Shown here one piece after another: positions 15,201 to 21,880 of a stretch of 64,000 bases of DNA. A model generated the notes under the pieces. That model was not told the DNA's origin. It saw only the letters and a list, made by a program, of their open reading frames with translations, and searched no databases. Every line of letters starts with the position of its first letter. The stretch's first letter is position 1. A program made the position numbers and the translations under genes. The DNA is from a virus. The stretch covers positions 32,001-96,000 of IMG/VR virus record IMGVR_UViG_3300025840_000015; one strand, given 5' to 3'.

Positions 15201-16032
15201 CTATTTCAGATACAGATGCTGTTGTAAGATCATCTAAGTTCTTCAGAATAGTTTGACCTTCAAGGAGAGAAATGTCACCTGATATTGGTATTACAGTTAC
15301 TGATGATCTTTTTTTGTATGATGCATCAGATGGTTTAATTAGGAAATCTTCAAGATTGATTATACTTGGTGTTTCATTGTATAAGATATTAAACAGAATT
15401 CTAAAAGATTCATATGTTCCTTTAGATTCATAAAGACTTCTTGCCTCTTTTATAAAATTAGATACATTAAGTTCTACAGAAAAATCTAGGTCTTCTAGTC
15501 CTGGTGCCAAAGAAAACTTTAATTTTTTATAAAATTCTTTTAAAAATAGTGAGCTTAAATTCTTTACAGAACTATTTACAGTATGTGCAGATGCAGAAGA
15601 TTTTTCAAATACTAATTCTTCCTTATTGATTTCTTGATGGTAATCAGTAATACCACTAAATCCTCTTATACATCCAATAAATGAAGTCTCATCGGAATCA
15701 AGATAAGTGATAATTTCATTGTCAATTTTTAAAAGACCATATTTTTTTGGAAATGATTTTGTGCTTGATACATTGATAGTAGTTGACTGAGAAGTAATTG
15801 AAGTTGTTAAAGTTACTTCTCCAACAATAACCTCAGTAGTTAGATTATCTAACTTAATATATTGGTCCAGATTTTCTGCAATATCTACAGGACCACCTTG
15901 ATGTTCCTGCGAAATATAATATTGATTTAAGAATTCTACGAACTTTGGATTTTCATCTGCTATAAATTCTGGGAGTTGACTTCTTATTAAGTCTTGAATT
16001 TTTATTCTAGTATCAAAATTTGCTCTTTGCAT
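3232..16032 (-). CDS. gp7: baseplate wedge initiator gp7 (4266 aa) with inserted FG-GAP propeller and YHYH-like domain
   Basis: N-terminal QLPEFIADENPKFVEFLNQYYISQE, YESKGT motif, GWAYDGNPIYG/DLDEFNGRF segment, DNDYYQKMSY; lies between gp6 and gp8. Confidence 0.88.
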   Translation of the reverse strand: MQRANFDTRIKIQDLIRSQLPEFIADENPKFVEFLNQYYISQEHQGGPVDIAENLDQYIKLDNLTTEVIVGEVTLTTSITSQSTTINVSSTKSFPKKYGLLKIDNEIITYLDSDETSFIGCIRGFSGITDYHQEINKEELVFEKSSASAHTVNSSVKNLSSLFLKEFYKKLKFSLAPGLEDLDFSVELNVSNFIKEARSLYESKGTYESFRILFNILYNETPSIINLEDFLIKPSDASYKKRSSVTVIPISGDISLLEGQTILKNLDDLTTASVSEIDTFTKNGVKYYRLNLFVGYDDTYPSITGNFNITTNSRVSETVVVSNTDLVAITVDSTVGFEESGSIFKGNTEIFYTEKTVNQFLGCHINGDFPVTVNKTDFIYGTNTYYGYEEGDTSRRVDFIITGILSDFDLKNDDFNFEIGDSLYPESIGQIVTKGISKKEIFANSLVYNTNSRYQINFYSGNTIRISSNVLETPLKVGDYVEILSRGTEFAIPGYEHVNIQSISSDGSISLSVSTSNLNRNLTYDARRLLNKATSEYVPVKYGNDVISSDIQNVYFDDEDGSDIAYIASNSLPSYPIDIKPFEYKIKKFGGFDGIKREYSTIVFDTPISFLTGDKVFYYPDPSLTITNLEEGFYFVEVLEDKKSLKLYQSGVNVPSEDFLYFGLSLGDTLPENENRLVLFDQREGLLYPQKVLNKINLSQTIDSSLPTEVEPGPIGILKNGVEIYSYKTNDKVYYGPIESVDVLNGGSNYDVSNPPLIEPAYGSAEFYPVVSGSVNKILIDQSFFDFDNITSIEFNGGNGSGAKFRPVVEKVERNLDFDTRLVSDGGGIDKKERTITFKNAHGLINGQEIVYNSNGLSEVNIKTRILDSTTTPSFRNQYIFDAVSLDQFGGSVAIDSDKVVIGAPLAEIFVGATLYAGAGKAYITDLNGSEYILLSAPEADLQTNAQFGSAVAIGQGVIAVTAVFESTSRGAVYLFDYEGNFKSKITAFDAADGDQFGFSIAIGNDRIVVGSRYDDDYGLQTGAAYIYDLEGNIINKIYPSDPEATLVFGFSVDINDNLIAVGAVGYADFIGAIYLYDVNGNFIRRIVPSDGSGGGVTIGDRFGTSISIKEDLIAVGAPYRDGEKGAIYLFDYEGNELNILTDSAGVAQDYMGRNVKINSGRIVTSSFGYNSFAGKVFVYDITGNLLSTLIPTDSTASDQFGFALAIGSGRIIVGAREPGVRTGKVYHYGTPVNAFEFKKLVNNAIYYPRILDRSKIELYDSLNNYYQQLNPVGFTTVTDLGTHKFLSSGRNKLSEILVVSGGSNYTNRRLKVSSSGISTFSNTINYKNHGFSDGDIVNYESEITSISGISTSDKYRVLKVDDDTFGLAYAGEDGKDITDYSRRYRARLFDSGSGDQIFSDPEFSVNIRYSSPGIGNTQTVLKGFPIIRGEISQIYVYDGGSDYGSNSLNFNNRPPILVKNGSGAILDPVIVDGKISSVKVLFGGSNYYSIPDLVVNGSGIGAVLRATLSDNKIVSVSVLNSGSGYAQADTTVTILNPGAGTVLRANIRSLTPNISFRYGIQNNFYRDPSSELLIRGRNNLQYAVVSYSDTLKNKLNDVSGTNGSHSEIIGWAYDGNPIYGSYGYSDPEDINSDIKLLNSGYELTTIDNRPSEDIFPLGYFVEDYVYSVDSDLDEFNGRFGKTIDFPNGVYAYFATTELNVDEGIIGKFPYFIGNKFKSKYLKINQNLNQSFDFNSSKLLRNTYPYGIGDKFSTNDFISESNKLTYQESIIESISTGGIDGMTIIEPGDNYSVNDTVVFEDVEDLRNKPFVKVSEISGKEVSSIDTELISYPNSVLSWEDKNYIRVNVFPYHEYNVDDIITISGLSTDSLKINDTYKVKFDTINSTLFESIGDYSTTGIVTDIYLSYIPENVSVGNSIRIDDELFKILDFYNTFSIAKVERSVSGTAHTSGANIEFLPDYFTIEKSVDKFISNKSRNLYFNPNIALSVGVNTGFGVTVSYNIGNSNYNTFIPSQSILLQNNKLNTADKIILSKESSSLPISVKSPETNAEFNIPDDVNEFYVVKKSIDFIGIVTNVGLTTFSNGLFFLDGGSNDYGYQFTTVEDQITADSNRITTTVSISTSHNLQVGDKVKLNVRPDLNVGIGTSTSIRVKYKDGNLLINEIKFTSSEVNNIDNILSIYQHNFHTGQKIFYDSEDNVISGLSTGEYFVYKIDDDNIKLSETYLESISTPPTVVSFGSVGGNLQIISSINPPISNYRNNNLVFDLSDTSLSGYGFNVYTDDGYENVFNAIKDDGLFAVSGIGTVGVSTDAALILDYTDKTPAILYYNLTESGIPVSTTDKDVKQYSQITYKSSIYNGEFPIIGITDQSFDICIPRIPERLSYNSSDCDRLEYSTTSLSARGPIKKLFVVNQGYPLKNLPSFLSVSSSLGKGAFLVPTSKSIGKILSSRITNEGFDYSSDNTIRPVASVPKSLYLTNTNKINSVSVLNGGSDYSFAPILIIVDPQNGEVINSGFLDPIMSGSSISSVDINISPAGLPDGEVLIRSINNSNGVNIDRVEYSPSGTVTCTITTPIAGFSSPLFELGEKIYVEGIEKQSSDGTGFNSENYGYNFFTVSQYFDTNPVKVEFNISNYSNNPGTPKQVQEGSASIIKYDNYPRFSIDKSLSSFFEGENLLINRGNGFENSGLKVTKANTSNIRVLGNFTPKIGDILKGENTSSVGTVSYIKSSDAVYNSSWTIVKDLGWTFNTGKLSESFQVFSDNDYYQKMSYSVKSTKTWDEISSVINPLVHISGLKDFADVQITGKADSGISTESKTEFELKNSFFSELRVDRINDFDLAIDVNVTKNGSSDVSRSVKLNNTYLLDFVLCKSNRVLDIDDISDDFSSKNDKRKENETIISINSSNYYNKFLILSKDIISGKIQFNEIISLNDDESVYSLFKTQISNGENILESIIPSYDVNFNYILDAFPVDPDNSAISFKILKETFINDFVGSNSNELGCISLLSSNVEAESGISTSVYNLDTNDYSAVHSSIQILNDDKSKMNYVEIYVSHDGNDTFINQYYFDSEDGFSFSSLGQFEPSLDGGELSLNYTSNTEENLTIRSRSVAFGSTSLGIGTYRFLSENQPDGSERTALYQSQFDTITSGTGEVFSIDSNLFSAVKSTVKVSTGQTSSVHQVISLFDGSDVYVSEYPFLSARSEVGVGTFIGDFSLGQFKLSFKPYSYPDDVEIISFNQCFYKDYDEINQPLDLNYSPVNESLSLANYYGNNVDLGYKVDFEMNYKGSPIFAKSFDPSNTSVVDFSTNSFNIKDHLFNTGEELKYTPGSTFVGIGSSPIGIVETEDNVGVLTDLLPSTLYAIRDDNDTFRVATRKEYATAGYGVTFTSVGIGNYHQIEMVKKNEKSLISINNLVQSPISYTYISHVLANNSGQISAGATTFALSGISSIRPKDVLRIEDEYAIVENVGYGTESVGPITFSGNEPLVEVSRGSFGSKALSHLDGTNCQIYRGAYNINGNKIYFIDPPKGNNLDLVRASESNLSIDRDSFNGRVFLRKSYESNEVYDDISDQFTGIGQTFTLTAQGINTVGLGTSGGNGLVFINGVFQSPTTENNSDNNYIIEEDLNLGISSITFTGITFEENDFLSEIDINQNKLPRGGVIVSYGSTAGLGFAPLVGASVTAVLNSGSIISVGEQPSDEIGSGYYEIPSVEIIDPDHNGDDAIINAIVGAGGTLAFDVVFGGTGYVNPFINVGSPSYSNLSIIGVSRLSEGPTTDSGFGALITLDVGPSDSVGIGSTLYEVKGFNIVRNGYGFRRGDVFKPIGLVTDRNLSAPIYDFEITVVDTFSDEFSAIQIGELDYIDSLAPYQDGKRVRFPLIYRGENLTFETDELDEESELIDLNNVLVIFINGVLQEPIKSYQFNGGSTFTFTFPPKESDDVKVFFYRGTRGEDSLQFDIDETIQIGDTVQIVLNNEIENTKTQDERIVYSITSSDVFQTNIYQYVGIDDQNYKPLHWTKQKSDLILNNEELSKARRLKSSQVYPTANIISNFDANSTEIYVDDISLFDYEDETIINFDALVFTNAVGVGTTIPSKNYELISGVNNLEGFNASVTSISPTSGIGAADGIEFVISRDPFTFTNFTVGTVFYITETNVGQGVISLDNSGSNTLSISTSFVNNIYQVASFNSSTGTIVCNVDSGSNLSGITTSGTLNYPVGKLSWGRLSGFQRRSVDPLDIDIMGYTSSVGMTSDSYNSGLSTYPIIQRRNFGFRDSGALIV

Positions 16033-16033
16033 A

Positions 16034-17980
16034 TTATGACCTCGTTAAACTCCCGTTGGAATAGCTTGAACTATAATAATTTTTATTGAAAATGATTCCA
16101 GAATTATCTTCACCAGATGAAATGGTATCTTTAATCATATTTATTTTACTTTTTGAAATATCAAATGAAACATAAAGATCCTTTAATCCGAGAACATCAT
16201 TTGATTCTGGGAATGCTTGAATCTCAATAATATTATTTGTCAGTGCAGTTTCTGTAATGATAATATTATTAATTATAATTTCTCCAGTTTCATAATTAAC
16301 TGATCCTGCAGACTTAACAACAACAGTTGGTGCAAATTCATCTGAAGCATTTTCTTGTATTTCATTTGATGGTTTTACAATTGATAATACACCAGTCTTT
16401 TTATCTGAATTTGGTGTATCAGTAAAGTAAACAGTGTCAAGTTCATTCAAAATTTTAAATCCAGTTGATTTAATATTATACTTATCATTCACATGGAATT
16501 TATTACCAAAGCAAATTTCATATTGTGCAAATGTATTGATTAGAGCTTTTAAGTCTCTTCTAATAATTACCTTTGTAATATTGGATGTAATTGCAGAATC
16601 TGTATTATCAATAATCTGCAATACTTTACTATACTTGAATCTTCCACCAAATTTATTCAAATCTACTGATTTCGAATAAGAAGTTAGTGATGATATTACT
16701 TTACTATTCAGATCAGATACGTTAGAAATTCTATTAAAGTTATAATATACTGAACTATTAATTTCAACATATAGAATCTTAAGATCAACTATTTTCTGAT
16801 TAATTCCAGAAATGCTATATCTCTTAAGTTCTGATAGAATCTGCTCTTTATCAAAGTCAGATACAAACGTTCCATTTTTTGGTTTTATACTAATCAAAAC
16901 ATTTCCATATTGAGGAGGATCTAGTTCTTCTCCACCAACAACAGAAACAGATTCTGCATTCTTGTAGATTTTAGATTTTATAATAGTTTCATAGTCAGTG
17001 CTGGTTACTGCTCTATTTTGTGAAGAATATAATCTTGGTGCAAAATATCGAACAGAATCAATGCTTTCAATATCAGATCCATTAATTGATTTTCTATTTG
17101 TAGTTACATTAACCGTATTTGTTGGTATTGCAATATTATCTCTATCATCTCTCAAAGTTCCCGCAAATGAGAATGAATCTACTCCATTACCATCTTTACC
17201 CGATGTTATAATGTAATTTGCAGTTATTACATCTGCATTTTGAAGTTCTTTTCCAAATATACCATTACCAAACAGTAATTGATACTTTTCACCCTCTACT
17301 TCTTGTAGGAGATAAACTAAAGAGTTTCTATCAACATCGACAATATTTTCTACTAATCTATATTGATCACCAAGACCGACATCATTTGCTGATCTAACAT
17401 AAGTTCTTATAGTTGTTGAGTCAATAAAAGAGTTATCTAAAATAAATTTTTGATCTATGGAAGAATCTACTGTAAATCTTTTGGTTAAAAGTGTTCCTTC
17501 CTTAATATCAATATTATTAAATGATGCAACACCATTTGTTACTGTCGTTGTGATACTTTCACTAATTGAAAATACAAATGAAGAAGATCTTACAGTTCCT
17601 GTGCAAACTAGTCCAGGTCTTAATGTAAGTGTTGCAGGATAAATTGGAGTATTATCCGCAAGAAATTCTACCGGATCCACTTCAATATTGAAAGATACAT
17701 TTGCAGTTGCCGCTTTTCTTGAACTTGGAACATATCCAATATTTCTTGCAAGAGCAACAACGTTTTGCCTTAATGTTGCAGAGTCTAAAAAGGACTCATT
17801 AACAATCATACTGCTATTAAATGCAGTGATGTAGGTGTTGTATGCTAGTGTATCGATTAAAACTGAAAAATTAGATCCCTCAAAGTCAAAATCAGTAAAT
17901 GTTGAGTTTGCTCTAAGATAATCTTTGATGGAATCTCTTATTTGGTCGAAATCGAGATTTGTAAATTTGGTAAAAGGCAT
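16034..17980 (-). CDS. gp6: baseplate wedge subunit gp6
   Basis: LDFDQIRDSIKDYLR, DFDFEGSNFSVLIDTLAYNT, QNRAVTSTDY motifs. Confidence 0.95.
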   Translation of the reverse strand: MPFTKFTNLDFDQIRDSIKDYLRANSTFTDFDFEGSNFSVLIDTLAYNTYITAFNSSMIVNESFLDSATLRQNVVALARNIGYVPSSRKAATANVSFNIEVDPVEFLADNTPIYPATLTLRPGLVCTGTVRSSSFVFSISESITTTVTNGVASFNNIDIKEGTLLTKRFTVDSSIDQKFILDNSFIDSTTIRTYVRSANDVGLGDQYRLVENIVDVDRNSLVYLLQEVEGEKYQLLFGNGIFGKELQNADVITANYIITSGKDGNGVDSFSFAGTLRDDRDNIAIPTNTVNVTTNRKSINGSDIESIDSVRYFAPRLYSSQNRAVTSTDYETIIKSKIYKNAESVSVVGGEELDPPQYGNVLISIKPKNGTFVSDFDKEQILSELKRYSISGINQKIVDLKILYVEINSSVYYNFNRISNVSDLNSKVISSLTSYSKSVDLNKFGGRFKYSKVLQIIDNTDSAITSNITKVIIRRDLKALINTFAQYEICFGNKFHVNDKYNIKSTGFKILNELDTVYFTDTPNSDKKTGVLSIVKPSNEIQENASDEFAPTVVVKSAGSVNYETGEIIINNIIITETALTNNIIEIQAFPESNDVLGLKDLYVSFDISKSKINMIKDTISSGEDNSGIIFNKNYYSSSYSNGSLTRS

Positions 17981-17984
17981 TTTT

Positions 17985-18386
17985 TTATCTTGTTGCCTCT
18001 AGGATGAATGAGAACTGTTGTGTTGGAATTTCTTGTCCAATGACATCAAATATAATTGTAACTTCAAAAGTGTTTTCATCTGGTGATGGTTCCACTTCAA
18101 CATCGATATTTTCAACTCTTGGTTCATAATTTATGATAACTTCCTTTATTTTTTCCTGAATTTCAATGGCAGTTCCATAATCTACGAAGTCAAAGAGACT
18201 ACTCCTTACATCTGAACCAAGATCCGAGTTAAAAAAGCGCTCATTTTTCATTGTTTCAATCAAATTTCGAACCGAACGTATGATTGCATTACGATCTTTG
18301 ATAATTGGGATGTCTTTTGTTACCGGATGTGGATCAAAGGATAGACTAATATCTTTAAAAGATCTAGATACCCTAGTTACTGCCAT
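17985..18386 (-). CDS. gp25: baseplate wedge subunit gp25
   Basis: FKDISLSF, ERFFNSDLGS, NYEPRV motifs (GPW/gp25 family). Confidence 0.93.
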   Translation of the reverse strand: MAVTRVSRSFKDISLSFDPHPVTKDIPIIKDRNAIIRSVRNLIETMKNERFFNSDLGSDVRSSLFDFVDYGTAIEIQEKIKEVIINYEPRVENIDVEVEPSPDENTFEVTIIFDVIGQEIPTQQFSFILEATR

Positions 18387-18405
18387 TTTTTAGAAAGTTT
18401 TTAAA

Positions 18406-18413
18406 TATTTATC
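18406..18413 (-). promoter_or_regulatory. late promoter (GATAAATA) for the gp25-gp6-gp7 operon
   Basis: NATAAATA about 20 nt upstream of the gp25 ATG. Confidence 0.65.
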
Positions 18414-18423
18414 AACTATTTTC

Positions 18424-18765
18424 TCATCTATCCATCTGTCGATAACAGTAATTGTAAGAATCTAGGTATTTTAGCAGTTCAATTGCAATAATTCCGGGAT
18501 TTTTTTCGCCACAAGTGTAAATATCGATCGCTAAACAACCGTTTTCGGGCCAGGTGTGACAAGAAACATGACTTTCTGCAAGTGTAATGACGACTGTGCA
18601 ACCTTGTGGTATGAAACAATGTGAAAAAACGTTCAAAATGGTCATGCCAGAACGATTTATGCCGTCGATCATGACTTTTTTGAGCGAATCTATGTCATTT
18701 AATGTGTCAAATTTGACATCATATACCTCTAAGAGTATATGCTTACCCATGGAAATGTTTTTCAA
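18424..18765 (-). CDS. speD: S-adenosylmethionine decarboxylase proenzyme
   Basis: GKHILLE, F.PQG.T, LAESH autocleavage motif, HTWPE, DIYTCG. Confidence 0.92.
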   Translation of the reverse strand: MKNISMGKHILLEVYDVKFDTLNDIDSLKKVMIDGINRSGMTILNVFSHCFIPQGCTVVITLAESHVSCHTWPENGCLAIDIYTCGEKNPGIIAIELLKYLDSYNYCYRQMDR

Positions 18766-18787
18766 TTCGATGATGCTCTAAAAATTT

Positions 18788-18836
18788 TATTTATTCTTGA
18801 TTTTGCACAAAAAAATCCCCCCAAAAGGGAGGATTT
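18788..18836 (-). terminator. intrinsic terminator followed by late promoter AATAAATA upstream of speD
   Basis: - strand AAATCCTCCC-TTTT-GGGGGGATTT-TTTT (18809-18836); NATAAATA at 18788-18795. Confidence 0.7.
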
Positions 18837-18842
18837 GAAGAA

Positions 18843-18995
18843 TTATTTGCCTTGTCCCCGGTATTTTTTACGAGCTTTATTACGAGCGGTAGCGGCATAC
18901 TTGGTTCCATCACCATCTCCCTGACGAGTCTTCTTAGGAGGACCCGGAGAATATGAGGTTTTGTAGAGTCCACTGCCAACTTTTGATCTTGCCAT
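18843..18995 (-). CDS. small basic cyanophage protein (50 aa)
   Basis: hand-translated MARSKVGSGLYKTSYSPGPPKKTRQGDGDGTKYAATARNKARKKYRGQGK; the PKKTRQG...KYRGQG pattern is typical of cyanophages; below the ORF-track cutoff. Confidence 0.8.
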   Translation of the reverse strand: MARSKVGSGLYKTSYSPGPPKKTRQGDGDGTKYAATARNKARKKYRGQGK

Positions 18996-18999
18996 GATT

Positions 19000-19170
19000 T
19001 TAGTCCTCGATTAGTGTAATTTTTGTTTCAATAGAGTCGGGAGATGGACATCCTGTCTTATAAAATTGCTCTGAGAGGATGTCCATGGTGTCAAAATACT
19101 CATCTTCGGTCAGATTTGTGTATAAAACCTGACCATCACTGAGAATTGAGTATCTTTCTCTGTCTGTCAT
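19000..19170 (-). CDS. hypothetical protein (56 aa)
   Basis: MTDRERYSILSDGQVLYTNLTEDEYFDTMDILSEQFYKTGCPSPDSIETKITLIED; start overlaps the upstream stop. Confidence 0.75.
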   Translation of the reverse strand: MTDRERYSILSDGQVLYTNLTEDEYFDTMDILSEQFYKTGCPSPDSIETKITLIED

Positions 19171-19934
19171 CAGATAACGCGAGTCTTTTCGTGTCCAACG
19201 CGAATGCGAGGATCACACCAAATCTCAAAACCTGCTGAGATTGCATCCAGACAGAAGGATACGTCCTCTCCACACATGTCCTGAACGTTACCAGACTCAA
19301 ATACTTGCATCTTGGGAGCAAACCAGGGATACTTCATCTCTTCGTGCTCAAATACTCCGTTCTTAATCAGGACCCATCCAAATCCTGTGTAGTCAACAGT
19401 GAATGGTTTGCGGCGCTTGGAGATACTCTCAAGCGTTTCGTGATTCATCACACCACCATTGCCACGGAAGTCCTCTTCGTCCAGCCAATGAGCAACTGAT
19501 GTGGTGCGACCGTCCTCAGTGCAATACCAACCTGCTGCAATTTCTTTGTCCATCAGAACCAATTGATAAAGTTTTTCTGTGTTGAAAACAATATCAGAAT
19601 CAATCCAAAGTTGATAATCATAATTAAGTTTTCCATCCCACGGAAGTTGATCAGGTCCACGCAGAACGTTCGCTCCTAAACACTTGCAACGTGCAAAGTT
19701 TACCATTGACGAATAATCCTGCGAGATCTGGATAGATGCTCCGCACTTCACCAAGTCAAATGCCATCTGCACAAAGGACTTGAGGAATTGATATGAAACT
19801 CCACGTCCTGGGAGACAAAATACGATTGTCTTGCCCCTCAGCATTTCTTTTGCCTGCTCATAATCCCACGTGGTGGCGGCGGAATCTGAATTCGTGGCAG
19901 GCGTTTTTGCTTTTACTGTAAATCCTTTAGACAT
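19170..19934 (-). CDS. GT-A fold glycosyltransferase-like protein
   Basis: SMVNFARC, WIDSD (DxD), TGFGWVLI, GEDVSFC, RVGH motifs. Confidence 0.8.
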   Translation of the reverse strand: MSKGFTVKAKTPATNSDSAATTWDYEQAKEMLRGKTIVFCLPGRGVSYQFLKSFVQMAFDLVKCGASIQISQDYSSMVNFARCKCLGANVLRGPDQLPWDGKLNYDYQLWIDSDIVFNTEKLYQLVLMDKEIAAGWYCTEDGRTTSVAHWLDEEDFRGNGGVMNHETLESISKRRKPFTVDYTGFGWVLIKNGVFEHEEMKYPWFAPKMQVFESGNVQDMCGEDVSFCLDAISAGFEIWCDPRIRVGHEKTRVI

Positions 19935-19956
19935 AATAGAAAGTTGTTACTGCAAT

Positions 19957-19985
19957 ATCATACGGTATTATGTAGGTTTTGTCAA
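19957..19985 (-). promoter_or_regulatory. sigma70-type promoter
   Basis: TTGACA-17 nt-TATGAT upstream of the glycosyltransferase. Confidence 0.8.
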
Positions 19986-20158
19986 CCTCGGTCAGTCACG
20001 ATCAGACAATCTCCATCAACCTCGATGTTTAGGTTTGTGCCCTCATACCATCCCTTCTCATCGAGAATCCACTGGGGAATTGTGATAAAAAATTCACCGC
20101 TAACTGTATCCACCTCTACGGTTGTTAAATTTTCTGCGCGATTTTTTTTCATTTTCAT
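19982..20158 (-). CDS. AbrB/MazE-like swapped-hairpin DNA-binding protein (58 aa)
   Basis: GEFFITIPQWILDEKGWYEGTNLNIEVDGDCLIV pattern; likely start is the ATG at 20158, not the track's upstream start. Confidence 0.75.
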   Translation of the reverse strand: MKMKKNRAENLTTVEVDTVSGEFFITIPQWILDEKGWYEGTNLNIEVDGDCLIVTDRG

Positions 20159-20359
20159 GTTTTCTTCTCTAGTTTTTATATAGGACTTTGAGGATTTTTG
20201 TGGGCACGAAAAATTTTTTGAATCGAGAAGCGTTTTATATTTACTTCGCGATCGTAACACTTTATAGATTAGGGTAGTTAGGGGTTTTATATACGGGGGG
20301 GGCATGGATCGGATCATCGGCGCCCCGCCCGCGCGGGGCACTGTGTTTTACGAAGATTG

Positions 20360-20388
20360 GGGCGGCAGGGTATAAAGAACTGCCGCCC
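20360..20388. terminator. GC-rich hairpin downstream of the last early gene
   Basis: GGGCGGCAG / CTGCCGCCC 9-bp stem with loop GGTATAAAGAA; no clear U-tract. Confidence 0.5.
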
Positions 20389-20400
20389 GCTAAGTGTAAC

Positions 20401-20820
20401 TTAGAGTCCGAACTTTTCCCGACAGATAGGACCGATTCCTAACTCTATTGAAAGAGGGTTAGTTAGTTCACGAGCGCAACACGAGCAGGTGCCAGTATTC
20501 TGCCCGTAAAGTTTAGCGGCAGAGTAAGGATCAGCGGCGACGGATTGCACCCGTTTGATTAGATCAACCTCACCCAGATTAGTGGCGTTAGAAGTGATCC
20601 AACCCAGATAAATGTTGCTCATTGTGCCCCACTGATTAACCTCTTTATCGTGAGAAAAAACATACATTTTTCCCTGATATTTCGAGGGTTTAACTATAAA
20701 GTCTTGGAATCGCATTGTGATTCGCTTAAGACCGCGATTCTGTGCCTCTTCAATTGCATTAATGATCCCGCTAAAGTTATGGGCGGGAATGGCATTGTGG
20801 CGGATGATGGGATGGCGCAT
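20401..20820 (-). CDS. DUF6011-like zinc-binding phage protein
   Basis: C-terminal GTCSCCARELTNPLSIELGIGPIC motif. Confidence 0.75.
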   Translation of the reverse strand: MRHPIIRHNAIPAHNFSGIINAIEEAQNRGLKRITMRFQDFIVKPSKYQGKMYVFSHDKEVNQWGTMSNIYLGWITSNATNLGEVDLIKRVQSVAADPYSAAKLYGQNTGTCSCCARELTNPLSIELGIGPICREKFGL

Positions 20821-20915
20821 GATGCTTACCGGTGGTTTGGTTGGTGCGGGTTCTGCCCCGCGTGATCTAATGGTAAAGAGTAAGGGGGGGAGAATGCCCC
20901 CCCGTTAACATTAGT

Positions 20916-21215
20916 TCACACTCCCAGGAACCGGGCGATCCGCTCACGCTTGCGAAGCGGCAGGAGGCGTTTGTAGGAAACAAAGGAGCGGCGCCCAATG
21001 CTGTATTCATAGCGGCGCACCATCCCTTGTGCCGCCATCTCCTTAAGAAGGATGGAAACGGTGGTGCGTGCCTCCTTGGGCATCCCCAGCGCCCGGTTGA
21101 TCTCAGAGGGTCCAAGACCGTGGCGGGTTTTGTCCCCATCCATCGGCAGAACCGACAGGATCGCCCATTGGTAGGTTGCGCCGAATGCCTTGCGATCGGT
21201 GATGGTGGTGAACAT
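20916..21215 (-). CDS. winged-helix DNA-binding protein (putative)
   Basis: LGPSEINRALGM...TVSILLKEMAAQGMVRR followed by a beta-wing; has its own promoter (TTGGCA-17-TAATTT). Confidence 0.6.
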   Translation of the reverse strand: MFTTITDRKAFGATYQWAILSVLPMDGDKTRHGLGPSEINRALGMPKEARTTVSILLKEMAAQGMVRRYEYSIGRRSFVSYKRLLPLRKRERIARFLGV

Positions 21216-21314
21216 GGTTCAGTGGTGGTGAACGACCCCCATAAATTACCGGATCCACAGGAACCTGCCAACGTGGGGTTGTGACACCTTTAGGATTGGC
21301 ACAACCCCAGTTTG

Positions 21315-21509
21315 TATAAAGAATAAAACAAGGATTGCAAGATATAAAGAATAAGACAGGACTGAATGTAAAGAATAAACCACACCACTGACCAATAGTT
21401 TACATTCAATCCTGTGTTATTCTTTATACTCAGAGAAAATATAAAGAATAAAGAACTGATTAGGATTCATTCTTTATTCTTTATACTCAGTGTTAAGTAT
21501 AAAGATTAA
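21315..21509. repeat. AT-rich array of TATAAAGAATAA motifs in both orientations
   Basis: copies at 21315, 21343, 21367, 21440, 21498 (+) and 21417, 21474 (-); perfect 16-bp inverted repeat 21440-21455/21470-21485. Confidence 0.8.
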
Positions 21510-21512
21510 GAT

Positions 21513-21623
21513 TTATTTCTTTTTCCTCCTTTTGTTTGCTGATTGTTTCTTCGGTGTTAGAATGTTCTTAAACCTTTTATCAGGACGTGATTTACCATCC
21601 CGATGAATCCATTTGTTTGCCAT
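21513..21623 (-). CDS. small basic protein (36 aa)
   Basis: MANKWIHRDGKSRPDKRFKNILTPKKQSANKRRKKK, hand-translated. Confidence 0.55.
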   Translation of the reverse strand: MANKWIHRDGKSRPDKRFKNILTPKKQSANKRRKKK

Positions 21624-21628
21624 GTTCT

Positions 21629-21793
21629 TTATACAAACTGTGCAGGTGAACCACAAGACTGATAGAATCTAATCATTCTCTCTGCCTCTTCCTTTGTAGT
21701 GAAAGATTGTGTTCGCCATTGGCATTCATTATATGGTGATATGTATTTAATTGTGAAACCAATTGAATTAATTTGTTTTTGATTGTTGTTCAT
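21629..21793 (-). CDS. hypothetical protein (54 aa)
   Basis: MNNNQKQINSIGFTIKYISPYNECQWRTQSFTTKEEAERMIRFYQSCGSPAQFV; downstream of a TACAAT box. Confidence 0.7.
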   Translation of the reverse strand: MNNNQKQINSIGFTIKYISPYNECQWRTQSFTTKEEAERMIRFYQSCGSPAQFV

Positions 21794-21839
21794 TGTTTGG
21801 TGTTTGTTTTAATGTTGTTTTATTGTATTGTGCGCACAC

Positions 21840-21878
21840 ATCTCGTCGAGATTCTGTATGCGCACATCTCGTCGAGAT
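21840..21878. promoter_or_regulatory. pair of ATCTCGTCGAGAT palindromes (operator-like)
   Basis: 13-bp interrupted palindromes at 21840-21852 and 21866-21878. Confidence 0.65.
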
Positions 21879-21880
21879 TT

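Noticed and set aside
499-17642. Many short + strand ORFs in the track overlapping gp8, gp7 and gp6 (and similarly the tail genes at 39-61 kb)
   Set aside because: Antisense shadows of long genes with biased codon usage; no start signals or motifs
18791-18979. 62-aa track ORF MAVDSTK
   Set aside because: The alternative frame 18843-18995 gives a recognisable cyanophage protein and ends before the terminator
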